Made by a program: the position numbers and the translations under genes. The notes under the pieces are model-generated. The model did no database searches, was not told where the DNA came from, and saw only the letters and a list, made by a program, of their open reading frames with translations. A stretch of 64,000 nt of DNA from Octopus vulgaris (lineage: Eukaryota), in the NCBI GenBank assembly GCA_951406725.2, contig OX597814.1, positions 158,596,001 to 158,660,000 on the forward strand. Direction: 5' to 3'. The stretch's first letter is position 1, and the number at the start of each line of letters is the position of its first letter. Below are positions 12,266 to 26,985 of this stretch, one piece after another.

Positions 12266-12879
12266 CAATAAAGAAAAGAAAATATGAACCTGATGGAATT
12301 ACAGATCTTTATTAAACAGGATTACGATTGTCTCAATAGTTAGTAGAACCATTCTATGAATTTACACTTTTGTATATACATATGAAATTATGCAATGAAG
12401 GTGCCACCAGCTACCCCTTCGTATTACATCAGATTTGTATTATAAATTTAAACTGGTAAGAACTGATGGTTCCCAGTACCCTGGTAACAGAGTATTGTAT
12501 GGATGTGCATTTTTTTTCTTTATAAGCCAACATGTAAATTGATGAAATTATTCCACTAACTATTGAAAGGATCGTAACCATTTAATTAAACTGCGCTATA
12601 CCACCAGCGTTGTACCTTTCTTTACTGATATGCTCTGCGGTGTGTTCACCAACTACTTAACTTAAATTTCCTTGGATTTTCACTCTGTATAGAACACCGT
12701 ACAGATTAAATGTCTATGAAAGCTGAATTTAATCCATATACATTCTATTAACCAAGACTTCGCATAGAATGTTGAATGAGGTATCCTCCCAGATTTTCTA
12801 AGTTTCTACTTTCTATTGTTACATACATACATGCATTCATACATATACACATGCAATCAATCACATTATTGCCAAGTAC

Positions 12880-13355
12880 GGGATAATATCTTTGCATAAG
12901 ACATGATGAGATGGCCTGAACAATCTGGAACAGATTAAGGAAAAAGGAAGTACCAACAAAGTTGGGTATGTTGATATAGGTCTAAAGAATGTTAGTGGGA
13001 CTTCAAAATTAAAGCAATCACCGAGTTAGAATTAACCAGCTAGATATTACGTAGGATCTCAAGAAAAAAATCTATGCTTTGTTGTGGAAGTCAGCTGCCC
13101 TCTGGGAACTGTGTTCAGGGAAATACCGGATGGAGAGGAATGCTTATGGAACATTGATAAGATGTTTGAAAATGTAATACCGTAGTTTCATTCCTGTTGT
13201 TATTGGAGCAATAGGATAAATACCAACCCAACTGTAACAAAGTATTGCTGATCTTGGCTGCTTGGAAATACAGTTCTTTAATTCATACGCTACAAACGAT
13301 CACGATAACTGGAACAATAAAAATTTGCATGACATTTTTATGATTTAAAGGGTGA
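12880..13355 (+). pseudogene. Decayed RLE-type LINE 3' fragment
   Basis: Remnant VVEVSCP and IPVVIGAIG motifs; similar to 51055-51420. Confidence 0.55.
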
Positions 13356-13416
13356 CGATTAAAACAAGATGATTTCCTTCACGATCTTGCTGCTACAAAA
13401 TTAAGTCTGAGAGAAA

Positions 13417-13456
<40 letters not shown>

Positions 13457-13479
13457 GAAATACTTCCGTTATATTTACT

Positions 13480-13714
13480 ACTCTCTTTACTCTTTGACTC
13501 TTTTACTTGTTTCAGTCATTTTCTGTGGCCATGCTGGAGCACCGCCTTTAGTCGAGCATATCGGCCCCAGGGCTTATTCTTTGTAAGACTAGTACTTATT
13601 CTATCGGTTTCTTTTGTTGAACCGCTAAGTTACGAGGACGTAAACACACCAGCATTGGTTGTCAATCGATGTTGGGGTGGACAAACACAGACACACAAAC
13701 ATACACAGACATAC

Positions 13715-13764
<50 letters not shown>

Positions 13765-13900
13765 GACGGACTTCTTTCAGTTTCCGTCTAACAAATCCAC
13801 TCACAAGGGTTTGGTTGGCCCGAGGCTATAGTAGAAGACACTTGCCCATGTGGGACTGAACTCAGAAGCAAGCTACTTACCACACAGCCAATCCTACGCC
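13480..13900 (-). mobile_element. SINE family A
   Basis: Reverse complement of 7255-7645 with internal (TA)n expansion and a head deletion. Confidence 0.85.
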
Positions 13901-14463
13901 TATATATATATATATATATATATATATAGATGGAAAAAGGAAAATTCTGCAGCATTTATTGTTATTGATGGGGATGATCGTTTGCCAAATTTTATACTTA
14001 CCAAGCTTTATATTTGGGATAGTTATTTTGAAAAACAAATACATAAACGTGAAATATAGTAAATATTACTTTAAAATATATTTTCCCGTGTGAAAAATTA
14101 ATAAGATAGTTTTTGCTTTAGTTCTTTGGTGAAGGAATTTTATACAATAATCCATGAGTCGAGTCACTGACAATATTTTCTTAAATCAATTCAATGAGGA
14201 GCTCACTTGACACTTCCTCTCCAGAAAGAAATATATTTGCTAAATAAATGTCACATATTTTCTTAAATATTTTTAATACTCAGGATGTACAGAAAACCTG
14301 GACACTGTGAAGGTGGATCCTTTTTGTGTTGTGAAATACCGATAAATAGTAAAAGTGTTTCCGAGCAAAATTCATTAGCCATCAGCATCAGCAATTTGTT
14401 CATAATTTTACTTATTGACCTTCGGCATGAAGTAAGCATGCCGAAATTATTTCGAAATATATT

Positions 14464-14521
<58 letters not shown>

Positions 14522-17500
14522 TTAGTTTTTTAAGTTGCAATTATTACAGAGCCGCTAACATTAAAACATTCAGGATGACTAATAGACACTAGACTAAGTC
14601 ATATGTGTGTGTATGTATATTTGTGTGTCTGTGTATGTTTGTATGTGTGTGCGAGTGTGCGTGCATGTGTGTGTGACATATAAAAAAGGCTTCTTATTAG
14701 CATTGGAAGATGACGACTAATTCTATATGATCAAATGATGTGTGTGTGGTGTGTGTGTATATACATATATATAAACAAGAAACTGATGCTTATTCAATGA
14801 CATCTATATTTTTATGTTCTTCCTTCATTGTTTAGAATATTGTAATTGATTAAATTTTGATTTGCATAAGCAATATACTTTCGAGAAACAATATCGCAAC
14901 TTGTGTATTAGTTAACCACTGTAATCATACAGAACTAACGCGCAACAATTGAGATGGTTAAAAGGGTGGCTAATGGTAAAGATTAACTGAACATCGGCGA
15001 ACGGTTAATTTTAATTTATGATTATATTCTTAACTTTATAGTTAATGCTTTTGTATTTGTGCTTTCTTATCTCATTTATTGCTTTCTTAGAAAACTTTTG
15101 TGATGAAACTGTTTTATTGTGTCCTAATTGCACATAATACTGTTTTAGATAAATATTCGTTAAGCTTCTGAACAAAAAAATTCCGTGTTAAACTTTTTTC
15201 TTCTTCAACATTCTCTTTATTACTTTGCTATTCCTTATCATCAGGTTGGATATTTTCTTTTGTTCTAAAACAGCCTAAATCCTCATTAAAGATTTGTTAA
15301 CAACTTGATGACTCGAAGTGTTTTCATTTTTTCCTTTCCGGGGCTGAGCTTTTTAAAATACATTTCAAATCGGAAAAATGTATCTAGGCTTTCTCGTGTA
15401 TTTTGGGAACAATTTATTTATGTATTTAAATGATTATGCTTTTGAATTTCTGTTATTAACACAGAAAATTATATTTGGTTTTAAACTTTTTGTGTATAAC
15501 TGTGTTAACGCGTCAAGACAGATTGAAAATATAATATAATAAACTGTCAATTGCTGCACAAATATGTATAAAACATTCTTTGTAAACTTTTATCGACAAT
15601 CAGTTATATTAATAAAATTGAAAATTTGTTGATTTCCAAAACGCTTTGTATTTCATTAACTATACGAAAAGAAAAACGTTGATATATTAATGAATCATTC
15701 ACGTAATGACTAAATTACATCTTGACACATCTTTTTCTTTGAAAAGAATAATGTAGATTAGTACACTTTTTGCATTTGTATTAGCAGTGAGTCTTAATGG
15801 GATGTTCTGTGATAATTTCCAATTTTCTATAAGTCCCTAAATAGATTGGTGTTATGATTAAACCAATATATCGACGTGTATGTAATACTGATCTTATGTA
15901 GTCATTAACAGCAACAAAACCCGTTCAGACAGAATGTCTGTTTTAATTATTCTAAGCTATGTTAAGCCTTTTTATGTAAGGATGTCTGTATTAAGTTGCA
16001 ACCTTTTACTAGACTTAGTGAGATTATATATAACATTTTAGTTCTTCTTGATTACATTATCTATAATGGAAACTTTGTGAATTTAGACTCCGCATCAAAT
16101 TTTAAAGAGAGGCTAAATATGTATCCGTATTTATTCATAATTTATGTTGTATTGGTTTTCTTGTAATTAGTGTTTGACAGTCAACCTTGCCCTAATATGC
16201 AAATGAGTTGTACCTGATGCAATTGTATTACAATTTTAATAATTAGTTTTGAACTACTTCATGCGAAATCTTGAGAGTTCATTGATTACAAATCAATAAT
16301 AACGAAACTCTGTCCTGGTTTCCCATTGATACTTAATGTAATGAATAGGACTTCTTAATATTATTTTACTCCCTTAATTTCATAGAATGTTATCAACATT
16401 AAAATGACAATATCTCTCCAGCAAAAACAAAGAAAAAACAAATAGCAAACCAATCATGCATATAGATAATACTGAGAAAACTGTTATCAATAAAACTAAA
16501 TGAGAAAAAAATAAATAGCATCGAAATTGTCCAATCAATATTTTCCTAGTTGATCATCAATCGTGTTACAATTCACTATAATTGAAGATTTATAAAATTC
16601 ACTTCACCTGCCGTGAAGAAAATATAAATAATGGTATGAACAGAAACTAAAAAAAATGCTGATTAATACCCGGATCAAGCGTTACTAATTTAGTTGTATT
16701 TTTCTCAATATTATGAAATCTTGATACTTGATGTCAGAAATTCTTGAAGGATTTAAGATAATAATACTTGTTTTCTTCACTGAACAGTAGGACAATTTAG
16801 AAAAATTGATCAGGTAAATTTCACAAGAGGTAAAGATATTTAAATTAATGGAATTTATTTAGATAACCAACCCAAAGATAATCCGGGAATCTTCAGTGAT
16901 ATTACGATTTCCCATTTTCATAAGGAGGTTTAAAAGGGTTTATCTATCTCCTCTTAAACAATATTTACTCAAATCAACAGTTTAAAAAAGTAACATGAGG
17001 AGCCGAATAAATCGGTCAATATCAAAAATACTTTTGTAGCTATCAAAACTGGTAAGTTTTAATAGTATATTCAAACCATATTCTAAAAAGACCAGTGTTG
17101 AAGCTATTCAATAATTTAATTGCTATGATTAGTTCTCCATTGTATGGTCTCCTTCAAACTCTTGATCTGATAATATAAGCTCTGTTTTCTTTTTACCAGT
17201 TCAGTTTAAACTTGAGTAAATCGATCAAAAGAACGAACAAGATATTGAAGCATCAATTACAATGAACTGCACACTTTATGAGATAGTAGACTATTAAACA
17301 AATATCTTTTAGTAATTAATTTTGTGAAGTAGAGTGGTCTTCTAGAAAACTTGGATGCTATTATTGTAAGGTAACTATGAACTGAACAAAATGTGCTGTA
17401 TCAAAAAATTCATATGCGTGGAGGCACTTATTGAAGAACTGTGCTAACTAGAAACAGCATAAAACAATTCAAAAAGATTCCCTTTTCTCTTCTGACAAAA

Positions 17501-17902
17501 ATTTCATTACAAAAATAAGATAAAGCCATTTTTCTTTGGAAGTGCAAAAGCAAATTCTACTCAAGTTGTTAATTTTCTGAAAATTTCAATGGTAATAGTA
17601 GTTGCTTTTTGCAACTTTTTCCGTAAAGTATTTGTGAATGCTTTTACGGATAATTCATTAAGCATCCATTATAGCTGAAGTGATTGTCTAAATCGAAAAT
17701 AGTGGGTAGTTATGTTTATATATGGTTCTTGGAGTTCGTCATAAAGTACATTGATTTGACATTATTAGATTACAATATTACTTTGAATATGCAATTGAAA
17801 ATATTAGAAATAAAAATATATGAATAGCTGGAAAAGTAATAAAAATGAATTTAGAGTATATTTTATCTCATTTATCTCTCTCTCTATATATATATATATA
17901 TA

Positions 17903-18187
17903 TCGTCACTGTCACCGTGACCGACCAGGCTATCAGATGTTGCTACACATTGCTGGTCATAATGCGCTTCGCATTGTTTTAGCCTTCAAATAACGCCACC
18001 CCGCTGGCTAAGCGAGCAGGCCAACAGAAGAAAGAGTGAAAGTTGTGGCGAAAGAGTACAGCAGAGATCGCCACCACCCCCTGCCGGAGCCTCTTGGAGC
18101 TTTAGGTGTTTTCGATCAATAAACACTCACAACGCCCAATCTGGGAAATGAAACCCCGAGTCCGCTACCCACTGGGCCATTGCGGCT
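17903..18187 (-). mobile_element. tRNA-headed SINE family D
   Basis: GC-rich 285-bp island between microsatellites; minus strand starts gccgcaatggcccagtgg (A-box-like) with gggtttcatttccc (B-box-like). Confidence 0.6.
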
Positions 18188-18188
18188 T

Positions 18189-18271
<83 letters not shown>

Positions 18272-18620
18272 TCATCATCATTTAACGTTCGGTTTGACTG
18301 AAAATTGGTAAGCCGGAGGGCTGCACCAAGTTCCAATCTCATTTGACAAAGTTTCTATGGTTGGATGCCCTTCCTAACGCCAACCACTCCGAGACTGTAG
18401 TGGCTGCTTTTTTTATATGCCACTCGCATGTGTGGTATTGACCTGACACTGGCATCGGCCACGACTACAGTCTCACTCAGCTTGACAGGTGTACACAAGC
18501 ACAGTATATCGCCAAAAATCTTGATGGCCTATCACTGCTTCCATGAGGCCCAATACTTGAACGGTGTTTTTTACATGCCATCGATACGGGTGCGAGTGAG
18601 ACGGCACTGGCATCGGCTAC

Positions 18621-18670
<50 letters not shown>

Positions 18671-18831
18671 CATACATAGGTATATGCAGACATACATACA
18701 GTATACATATACACATGCATATAATGCCCCACACAAATTGGGAATGGTATCGCCAGCTACCAAATGACAATAAGCCGATCCTTAAATTTGAATTGGTTTT
18801 AATAAATTCTCTACGTTCGTTAGGGTTGTTG

Positions 18832-19052
18832 TTCTGGCAGAAACGTTAGCACGCCAGGCGAAATGCATACCCGTATTTCGCCTGCCGTTACGTTCTGAGT
18901 TCAAATTCCGCCGAGGTCGACTTTGCCTTTCATCCTTTCGGGGTCGATAAATAAAGTACCAGTTTCGCACTGGGGTCGATGTAATCGACTTAATCCCTTT
19001 GTCTGTCCTTGTTTGTCCCCTCTATGTTTAGCCCCTTGTGGGCAATAAAGAA
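18832..19052 (+). mobile_element. SINE family B, well preserved
   Basis: Matches 10993-11215. Decayed copies at about 19700-20110, 21880-22100, 33320-33445, 45250-45455, 52720-52850, 54500-54700, 62350-62510. Confidence 0.85.
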
Positions 19053-22000
19053 ACAAATACTTGTAACTACTGATATATGAAAAAGGTCAGTCCAGGCATG
19101 AGGGCCTCATCTATCCAGGAATACGTAGGACTACATTATCCAAAGTGTCTTTCTCTATTTTTTTCTTATATAAATATGGGTTGCTATGTTCAAACTCAAA
19201 TCAGTTATTGGAAATATAAACACATACTAAGAACACCAAGAAAAAAGATTGCTAAAAGACATTTTTCCTTTACAGTATTACGCTGCAAATTGTTAATCAT
19301 AACAGTTCGTTTTATTAATTAAATAAGCTTTATTTACGGGTAAATGACACTGGTCTTTCAGCAATTTTACATTTTTAAGTTGAATAGCATTTGCTCATTC
19401 GGGTGTACTGATTCCGAATATAGAATCAGTTTTATACGACACGTTAGTTTTAGTTGCTAAACACTATAAGCCAGAAATTACCTTTTTTTTTTTTTTTGCG
19501 TTTTAGGAAAATTACTGATATTATATATGCTTTATTTCAAACCATTCTATTTATTTAAATTAAAGCAGCATCCACAGCACTTTTTTCTTATGAAAGTAGA
19601 GTTAATTTCTTACGAATCCTAAACGCCACAGCCACCTAATTACTATATTACAATGGAAGAATCAGAGAAGCAAACTCAAGGCAATATGCTAATAATTGTT
19701 TATAATTTAAGCACAAAGTCCAAGATTTTGGTGGAGGAAGAGGTAGTTCACATCACCAAGCTTGGTACTTGTCTGATATTTTATTTTATGACCCCAATAA
19801 GAGGAAAGGCAAAGTAGGGCTTAGCAGAGTTCGAACTTAGGACGTAAAGAACCAAGGTATTTCCCAACGCTCTCATGAGTCAGCTTAGCCATCCCTCAAA
19901 TAATTCTTCCTACCAGGAGTAAACGATCCAAAATTTTTAAGGAGGAGTTTAGTCTATTAAATCGACCCTAATTATTCACAGATGTTTTATTATATCAGCT
20001 GTAGAGGGATGAAGATTAAAGTTGGCCTAGGCAGAATTTGAACTCAGAACGTAAATAGCTGGAAGAAATACCGCAAGGAATTTTGCCCAACAGTTTAACT
20101 AGTCTCCTAGTCCACCACCATAAAATAGGGTTAAAACGCTTCAGATAATAACTACAGCACTATAGTTTGTTGTATATACACTACAGTGTAAGAAGATGCT
20201 TCTGTATCAGTTTCTTTAGGAAAAAGAGTAAGTATTTAACATATGTTCTAAAGATAAAGAAAATATAAACTGACAATTGTTATTAACTGAGAAAGATTAT
20301 ATAGTAGATAAATTCTTTCATGTAACAAAAAAAAAAACCTATAAAATTTGAAATCCTAAGACAGTAAGACAATAGTTTGAAATGTATCTTCTGTAGGCAA
20401 TTTTCCTATTTTTATATACTGAAAAGCAAATATACTTCTCATGAAGAATAGTATGTAAACTTTGAAAAGTGATGAGAATGGAAAACAGTATAAAATATGT
20501 TTCTGTTTTAGAGAGTTTTTTCAGATTAGTTTGTATGTAGTATTAACATACTAAGCTGCAGGTTTGTGCTTCCTTTTTATTTCAACATTAATTGCTTTTA
20601 TCTCCAGGTGCTGAGACTCAACGAAAACTAAATTTTATACTGTATTTCTAGGTTCTTTGTAATCACTAAGTCAAACTTCCAATTTATTTAGATAGGTACT
20701 CATGAGTGTAGAGAGTTTTCGCTTGACATAGATATCTTCAGTTATATTTGTGCATCCCTTACAACAGCAACACAGGGGCAACTTGGTTACAGATTTTGTT
20801 AGATGTACATAGTCAAATGTTTTAGAGTGGGATAAGGTGATCAAAAACGCATGGGTTCTTCACTCTACAAAACTTGCATTGTAAATCTCAGGAAATGACC
20901 AACTGTAAAGGAAAGAGAATAAGTATTGGTATAACAATGGTCTAGAGATAGTCCTCTTCACAGCATCAAAATCAAAGCGAAAAGAGAATACTCAAACTTG
21001 CTCTCAATCATAAGACCTGTACATCATTGTGCCAAAGTCCCTGTTTCTGTATTTGGCAAGTCAGTTTTCATTGATAGAACTGAGTACTGTACACCGTAGG
21101 GGAAGCAGTGAAGATGAAACTTAAATACAGCCTGCTAATACAAGGGTGCATCAGCACATCAGAAAGTCTCAGTTAAATGATTTATTGCATGATTTAGATC
21201 AATGGTTCCCAAACTTTCTCAGGCTGCCACCTCCTTGGCACTCATGCCACATACCTAGTCCCTCCCTCACCGCCACCACCACAAACATAGACCACTTTCT
21301 GCACCTAATTCAAAGCAACTGTATTTCACAAATAAAACCTAACCTAATTAACCTGTTATTTTGCTGTTTTGAAATTAACAGAACTGGTTACTATATTCAC
21401 TGACCATGAATTGAACATCAAGTATAATGAGGTATCAAGTATGGAAAGGTAATGTTACAATGATAATGAAGCCAGAATATTAATTTGAATGATTAAATCC
21501 GACTTTGTGGACTCAGTAGTGATATATTCTGCATGTATAAACTAAAGCTAGAAAGAAATGCAAAATTTTATATAAAGCACACTATTAACATTACCATTAT
21601 TTTGTGACTTACTGGAACAAAAAGACTTTATTATATCGCCAATCTATAACCAGTTTTTTTTCATATTACATATATTTGGATATGATTATTGGTTTCTTAC
21701 AGAGCAACACTGCCAAACATTTCTCAAGGAGGTATATAATCAATTCAGTCAACCACTCTCACCAACTAGTAGTTGTCTTGTTTCTATTTTACCAATTCAT
21801 GTGGTAAGTTAAAAATTGACCTTGCAAGAATTTCATTTTGTTCTTTGCTCAAGCAATTCTGCCAATCTGCTGCCTGCCCAACCATTGGATGTATTTATTA
21901 TTTTCTTATATTGGTACAATACCAGAAATTGAGAGAAGGGAGCAGCCAATTATACTAATTCCAGTACTAGCTTGCTATTTATTTTATTGATTCAAGAAGG

Positions 22001-23369
22001 GTAAAAAATAAAGTCATTGACATGATTTGAATTCAGAACATAAGGGGCCAAAATTAAATACCACAAGGCACTTTGTCCATCACTTACTGATTTTAACAAT
22101 CCACCACTCTATGGTTGGATGTAATTATTGAATGCACCCACTTTATAATGAGAATCTTCAAATAATTCAAACAATCTAAAATTGCATATTAAAACAAAAT
22201 TTTCAAAAGAACAAAAAAAGTAGAAAAATTTCATAGCAAGACAAATGTTTAATCAGAGAAATTTAAGACTTCATCATCAACAACATCAACAACAAAAACA
22301 ACAACAATAACAATAAAAATTCCTTCTTTTTTCTTTTCTTTTCTCTTCTTTTCTGTATCATTTACAGTTTCTTTCATCCAGAAACAAATATTGAAAAATC
22401 AATAAAACTTTCAGTTGCATTAATTCTAAGCATTGGTTTATAAATTATCTATTATCTTCTGGGATAAACAAACACTAAAATATACTTTCAGCTAAAAACA
22501 TCACACAGAAAGTTTCCACAATTTTAGCTTGAGAGTTAATTACATTCTAACTGTAAATGAAACAATAAAAATCCATAAAATGTAAGATTATAAATGAATA
22601 ATTAAAGCACATTTGGATATAATCCTATATAGAAATATGACTTTTGAGGAGGAAAAGGGAACAATTTTTTTTATTATATTGTGTGTTTAATCTGATAATC
22701 TTGGCAATGAAACCAATAAATATTGCAGTATTCATCACCAATAATAATCAGTATTATCAGTTACAATGGAAGATATCTGAAAAAGAAGAAAAACAAAACT
22801 TAGTTCTTCTGTTGAAAAAGTGATCGATTTGAAAGTAAGTTACATGAAATATTAAAAACAAAAAAATGCACATTTTTACACATTTATATTTATGACAGAA
22901 TTTAAGACTTTTTTTTTACTAGGTACATATATTTGTAATAAAAAATGGATATTGTAATTGGAAGTCATTATAAAAAAATTAAACCATAGTAGAATGTGTG
23001 CTAAAAGTTATGAAGGTTTAGATATAAAATATTTTTAAAGTAGCTTTGTATGCATATAACGAAATATTTTGTATGAAAGTAGATAGACAACTGACAACAA
23101 TGATATATTTATCAAATCACTTAAATAAACATTGCTTAATGGTTTGTATTATATAATACCAAGCATCTTCATCTCACATATAAGATAGTTATCCATCCCA
23201 TGAGGCAAAATTTGAAATTCATTCACTAAAGCAAAATAAATACTCGCAAGTTATAGAATTACAGTTGTTACAGGAAAAAACAGTTTCATTAGATAAAGTT
23301 TAGCTGAAGGTAAAGTCACAAAGCCTAATAAGGTCTGATAAGCAATGAAAAACAGGCATTGAATAATGG

Positions 23370-23384
<15 letters not shown>

Positions 23385-23424
<40 letters not shown>

Positions 23425-23477
23425 AATGATGATGATGATGATGATGATGATGACGACGACGATGATGATGACAACGA

Positions 23478-23511
<34 letters not shown>

Positions 23512-23620
23512 GGTGGTGGTGATGGTGGTGGTGGTGGTGGTGGTGATGGTGGTGGTGGTGGTGATGATGATGATGGTGGTGTTGGTGGTGATGGTGGTGG
23601 TGTTGGTGGTGGTGGTGGTA
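23385..23620. repeat. Compound (GAT)n/(GGT)n microsatellite
   Basis: Seen directly; similar tracts at 29098-29305, 32590-32745 and 63527-63783. Confidence 0.95.
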
Positions 23621-23664
23621 GTGGATTATAACTGTCGTTGGGAGACACCATAGGGAAACCAAAA

Positions 23665-24815
23665 GACAGTGAATGCAAGTATTTGGATATTTTAGAACTA
23701 GGCAGTATTTTGCATACAGAAATGAAAGAAAAGGTTAGAGAGACATAGTTAGAAGAAGTGAAAATAATTTTTAAATCCAACCAGATTGCAAGAAATCTAA
23801 TCACAGCAATGAATATCTGCATAGTTGCAGTGGTTTGATATATTGCAGCCATTGAAGAAATATCTAAGCTGGATAGAAAGACAAAAAAAGTTTCTGACAC
23901 TGTACAGAGCTTTACACCCTAGGCAAATATAAATAGATTGTATAGGAAGAGAAAGAATGGTGGTAGAGGTCTCATCAGTGTGGATTACTTTATAAGGAGT
24001 GAAAGGAGAATGCTAGCAGAATATTTGGTAAACAATGACAGAGGGTTGTTGCTATAAGCAATAGAATATATGGAAATAAATGCTGATGAAATGTTTGGTA
24101 AGGAAGAGTTTAAGCAAAGATTTGAAGGGAAGAGAAAAAGAGTTCAGGAAATGAAAATGCATGGTCAATTTGAAAGAAAAAGACTGGATTTCAAGGACAA
24201 AACAACATCACTGATATGGCTTATGCAAAGTGATTTGAAGCATATCAATGAAAGCCTTATAACTGTAGCACAAGGGTAAGTATAACATCTACAAAACTTC
24301 AAACACCCAAAAATACAGACTCAGTGAAAAGAATGTGGAAAATATAACCCGCTTGGTAAGTGTATGTGAGAGCTTAGCACATAAAGAATACAAGCAACAC
24401 CATGGTGAAGTCTGTTTGTATCTTCATAGGCTTTTATGCAGTAATTACCAATACAAAGTAACAAAGAATTGATATGAACAAAGTGTAACAAAGAATTGGT
24501 ATGAGCATGTGTCTAGTAAAGTAATGCAGGAGGATGGAAAAGCAACAATATTCTGGGATTATGAATTCTGGCTGATAGAGTAATTGAGCATCACCATTCA
24601 GACATGGTTGCATTGAACAAAAAGGCAAATAGTCTCAAATCATTGATGTAGCCATATGAGGTGAATATTGTGAATAAAGAGGTTGAAAACATCACCAAGT
24701 ACTCTGAACTGAAAGTAGAGATGACAAAACTATTTGGAATGCAAGAAGGTAATGTAAAAGTGATACTAGTTGTGATCAGGGTATTAGTGTTAATCTCATT
24801 GAAACTTCAGGACTA
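23665..24815 (+). pseudogene. Decayed RLE-type (R4/Dong-like) LINE, RT end to endonuclease
   Basis: Broken frames give KYLDIL, RLYRKRKNGGRGL, MHGQF, WLMQSDLK..NESLITVAQ, IFWD, IIDVA, KITKYSELK. Confidence 0.75.
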
Positions 24816-24819
24816 TTAT

Positions 24820-25220
24820 TATTGAGTGAGAGAGCAATGCGTCCCATCAAAGTGACACTGGCATAAAATATATGAAGCCCAGCATACCCAGCATCACTAC
24901 CCATCTGATAAGGGTACACCAGGCACATGCATCACAACCATATGTGTGCGACATGGTGATCTCATATCAAAATAAACAGCACATGACCTTGCAGGTGGGG
25001 CCCAGTTAGAATTTTCTTCAGGTTGAGTAACCCATCCCACTCAAAAGGTCCCTGAATAAGGGTTGTTTAAGGACGCTGAATGAAACACCTATGTTTCCAA
25101 AGCTAAATTATCCAAACTCCAAAGAATTCCTCTCAATGCATAGCTATGATGCTCCCCTACTACTTCTCCTCATGATCAGAGATGCATATATCGTCAGCCA
25201 CTGCTGGTTAAGGTCAAACT
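24820..25220. mobile_element. Interspersed repeat, unclassified
   Basis: GC-richer block that interrupts the RLE LINE abruptly at about 24815; recalled as a common octopus repeat, single copy here. Confidence 0.4.
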
Positions 25221-25333
25221 CAATCCAAGGTATCAAGATATTATTTAACAAACAATATACTTGGTAAGAAATTTAAGGTTTAATTGCTTCAATTTAGTAT
25301 TTAGTAAACCAGTTCTATATTTAAGAGATGAGG

Positions 25334-25472
25334 AATTATGTACATTATTTACATTTGACGGATATTTGTCCCATCTTGTTTTTTGTCAACACAATGTTTA
25401 GGCTGATGTACCTTCCAGGTGTCTTGAAGAAACCTCAATCCTGGGTTCTTGTTCCTAAAGTATATTTTGATG

Positions 25473-25541
<69 letters not shown>

Positions 25542-25842
25542 TCACTGCCTGGAATCGAAATTGGAATCTTGGAGTTAAGAGTACTGGCTACTAACCCCAA
25601 GATTCCAAGGTTGATTCTAGACAGTAACCTAAATAATAATAACAACAACAACAACAACAATAATAATAATGATAATAATAATAATAATAATAATAACATT
25701 GAAAAATACTTTAAGAATGAGAACCCAGGTTCGAAGTTTCCCCAAGACACCTGATGAAGACTGGAGGATATATCAGCCGAAACGTGTTGACAAAAAACAA
25801 GATGAGGACAAATATCCGTCAAATGTAAATAATGTAAATAAT
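25334..25842. mobile_element. Palindromic PLE-derived element with two damaged hammerhead copies
   Basis: Left arm is the reverse complement of the right arm, including (ATT)n/(AAT)n. Right arm reads GACAC-CTGATGA-A-GACTG...CAGCC-GAAAC-GTGTT at 25746-25788. Confidence 0.75.
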
Positions 25843-26700
25843 TTATTTAGTAAATCCATGAGCATTTTTATCCTTAGTAAATCTTATTTTTCTTTCGATT
25901 CTCTTTTTCTTTTGGAGAATCCAAATACTGAGAAACATTTCAATTTCAAAAGAGAAAGCTTGAGTGATTTGATATAAGTGGGAAGATTATTAGTGGTAAA
26001 AATAAACTTCACAACCAAAACCAAAGAAGCAAATGCCATGTTTAAGAAATTAATAGGTAAGGACTTAATACTATGTAAGCAGGGTAAATAAAATAGGAGA
26101 GCAAGTAAGCCAACAAAGAAATAGCATCCAAACATCCCTCAACTCACCCCAACCCTTACCAACTTAAAGCACACGTTCAATAATGGAATCTTACATACCC
26201 CTAAAAATACAGGATGTTCATGGCTGGAATGCCTTTCATTATAGATCTGTTCAATCTGGGTTGACTTGGGACTAAACAACAACAATAGGTGTACAAGAGG
26301 TATAAGGGTAAATCCTAGAAAAAGAAAGGAATACAATGAAGGCATTAATTAATTAGTTTATTGGTGCATTTAACAGTTACAGCAGTTCATGACAAAAAGC
26401 TATGAACTGATGTGATGTTTAATGGCAGTAATAAAAGCAATTAACATATCAGTCACAGGTAATTATTAAATTAATTTTGATTACTGATTCATGCTATTGT
26501 TCATACAGGGTTGAAAACCCATGCTGCTGCTTTCAGCAAAGTTTAGCTCTAACTCTTTTACTTACTTCACTTATTGGACTGAAGTGATATTGAGGCACTC
26601 ATATCAACACTAGTACTTATACTTAAATCTGGTACTTCCTTTGGTAATCTGTATTTAATGCCTCACTATGACATTACAACCAGCCAGGCAAAGTCTTCGC

Positions 26701-26778
26701 TACATTTGCGACACCTGCCAGAGGGAGTGTTTGTCCAGGATAGGACTACACAGCCACAACAGATGTATTAGGACATGA
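26701..26778 (+). pseudogene. RTE LINE C-terminal zinc-finger remnant
   Basis: YICDTCQRECLSRIGLHSHNRCIRT*, the C..C.R.C.SRIGL.SH end motif of RTE-type ORF2. Confidence 0.7.
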
Positions 26779-26951
26779 AATGTAAAAGCCAGACTAGATT
26801 ATTTTATGTGCAACTCCATTGTCTCCCAAGTCAAAAAGGATGCCAACAAGTTATGGAATATAAACACACATGCCATAATTTTCAGACAGGATCTATGCAA
26901 AGACAGACATAGAGAGTGGCACAAAGTGACACATACACATACAGAACATGC

Positions 26952-26985
<34 letters not shown>

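Noticed and set aside
14417-14460. Hairpin TTCGGCATG/CATGCCGAA followed by GAAA, hammerhead-like
   Set aside because: No acceptable 7-nt core and no stem I.
14800-23300. Possible long 3' UTRs or poly(A) sites (AATAAA at 15611; A-rich block 22240-23300)
   Set aside because: Such hexamers are frequent in AT-rich DNA; cannot be assigned without transcript data.
23300-23900. Poly-His/Asp/Ser/Met ORFs (also 29011-29329, 32464-32820, 63496-63817, 11325-11552)
   Set aside because: Translations of triplet microsatellites; no splice or domain support.
24980-25075. Possible HDV-like ribozyme in the unclassified repeat
   Set aside because: Could not build P1.1 or P2; only a partial P1/P3 resemblance.
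25980-26345. Possible PLE RT remnant on - (FLG motif)
   Set aside because: Motifs too degraded to support without a search.
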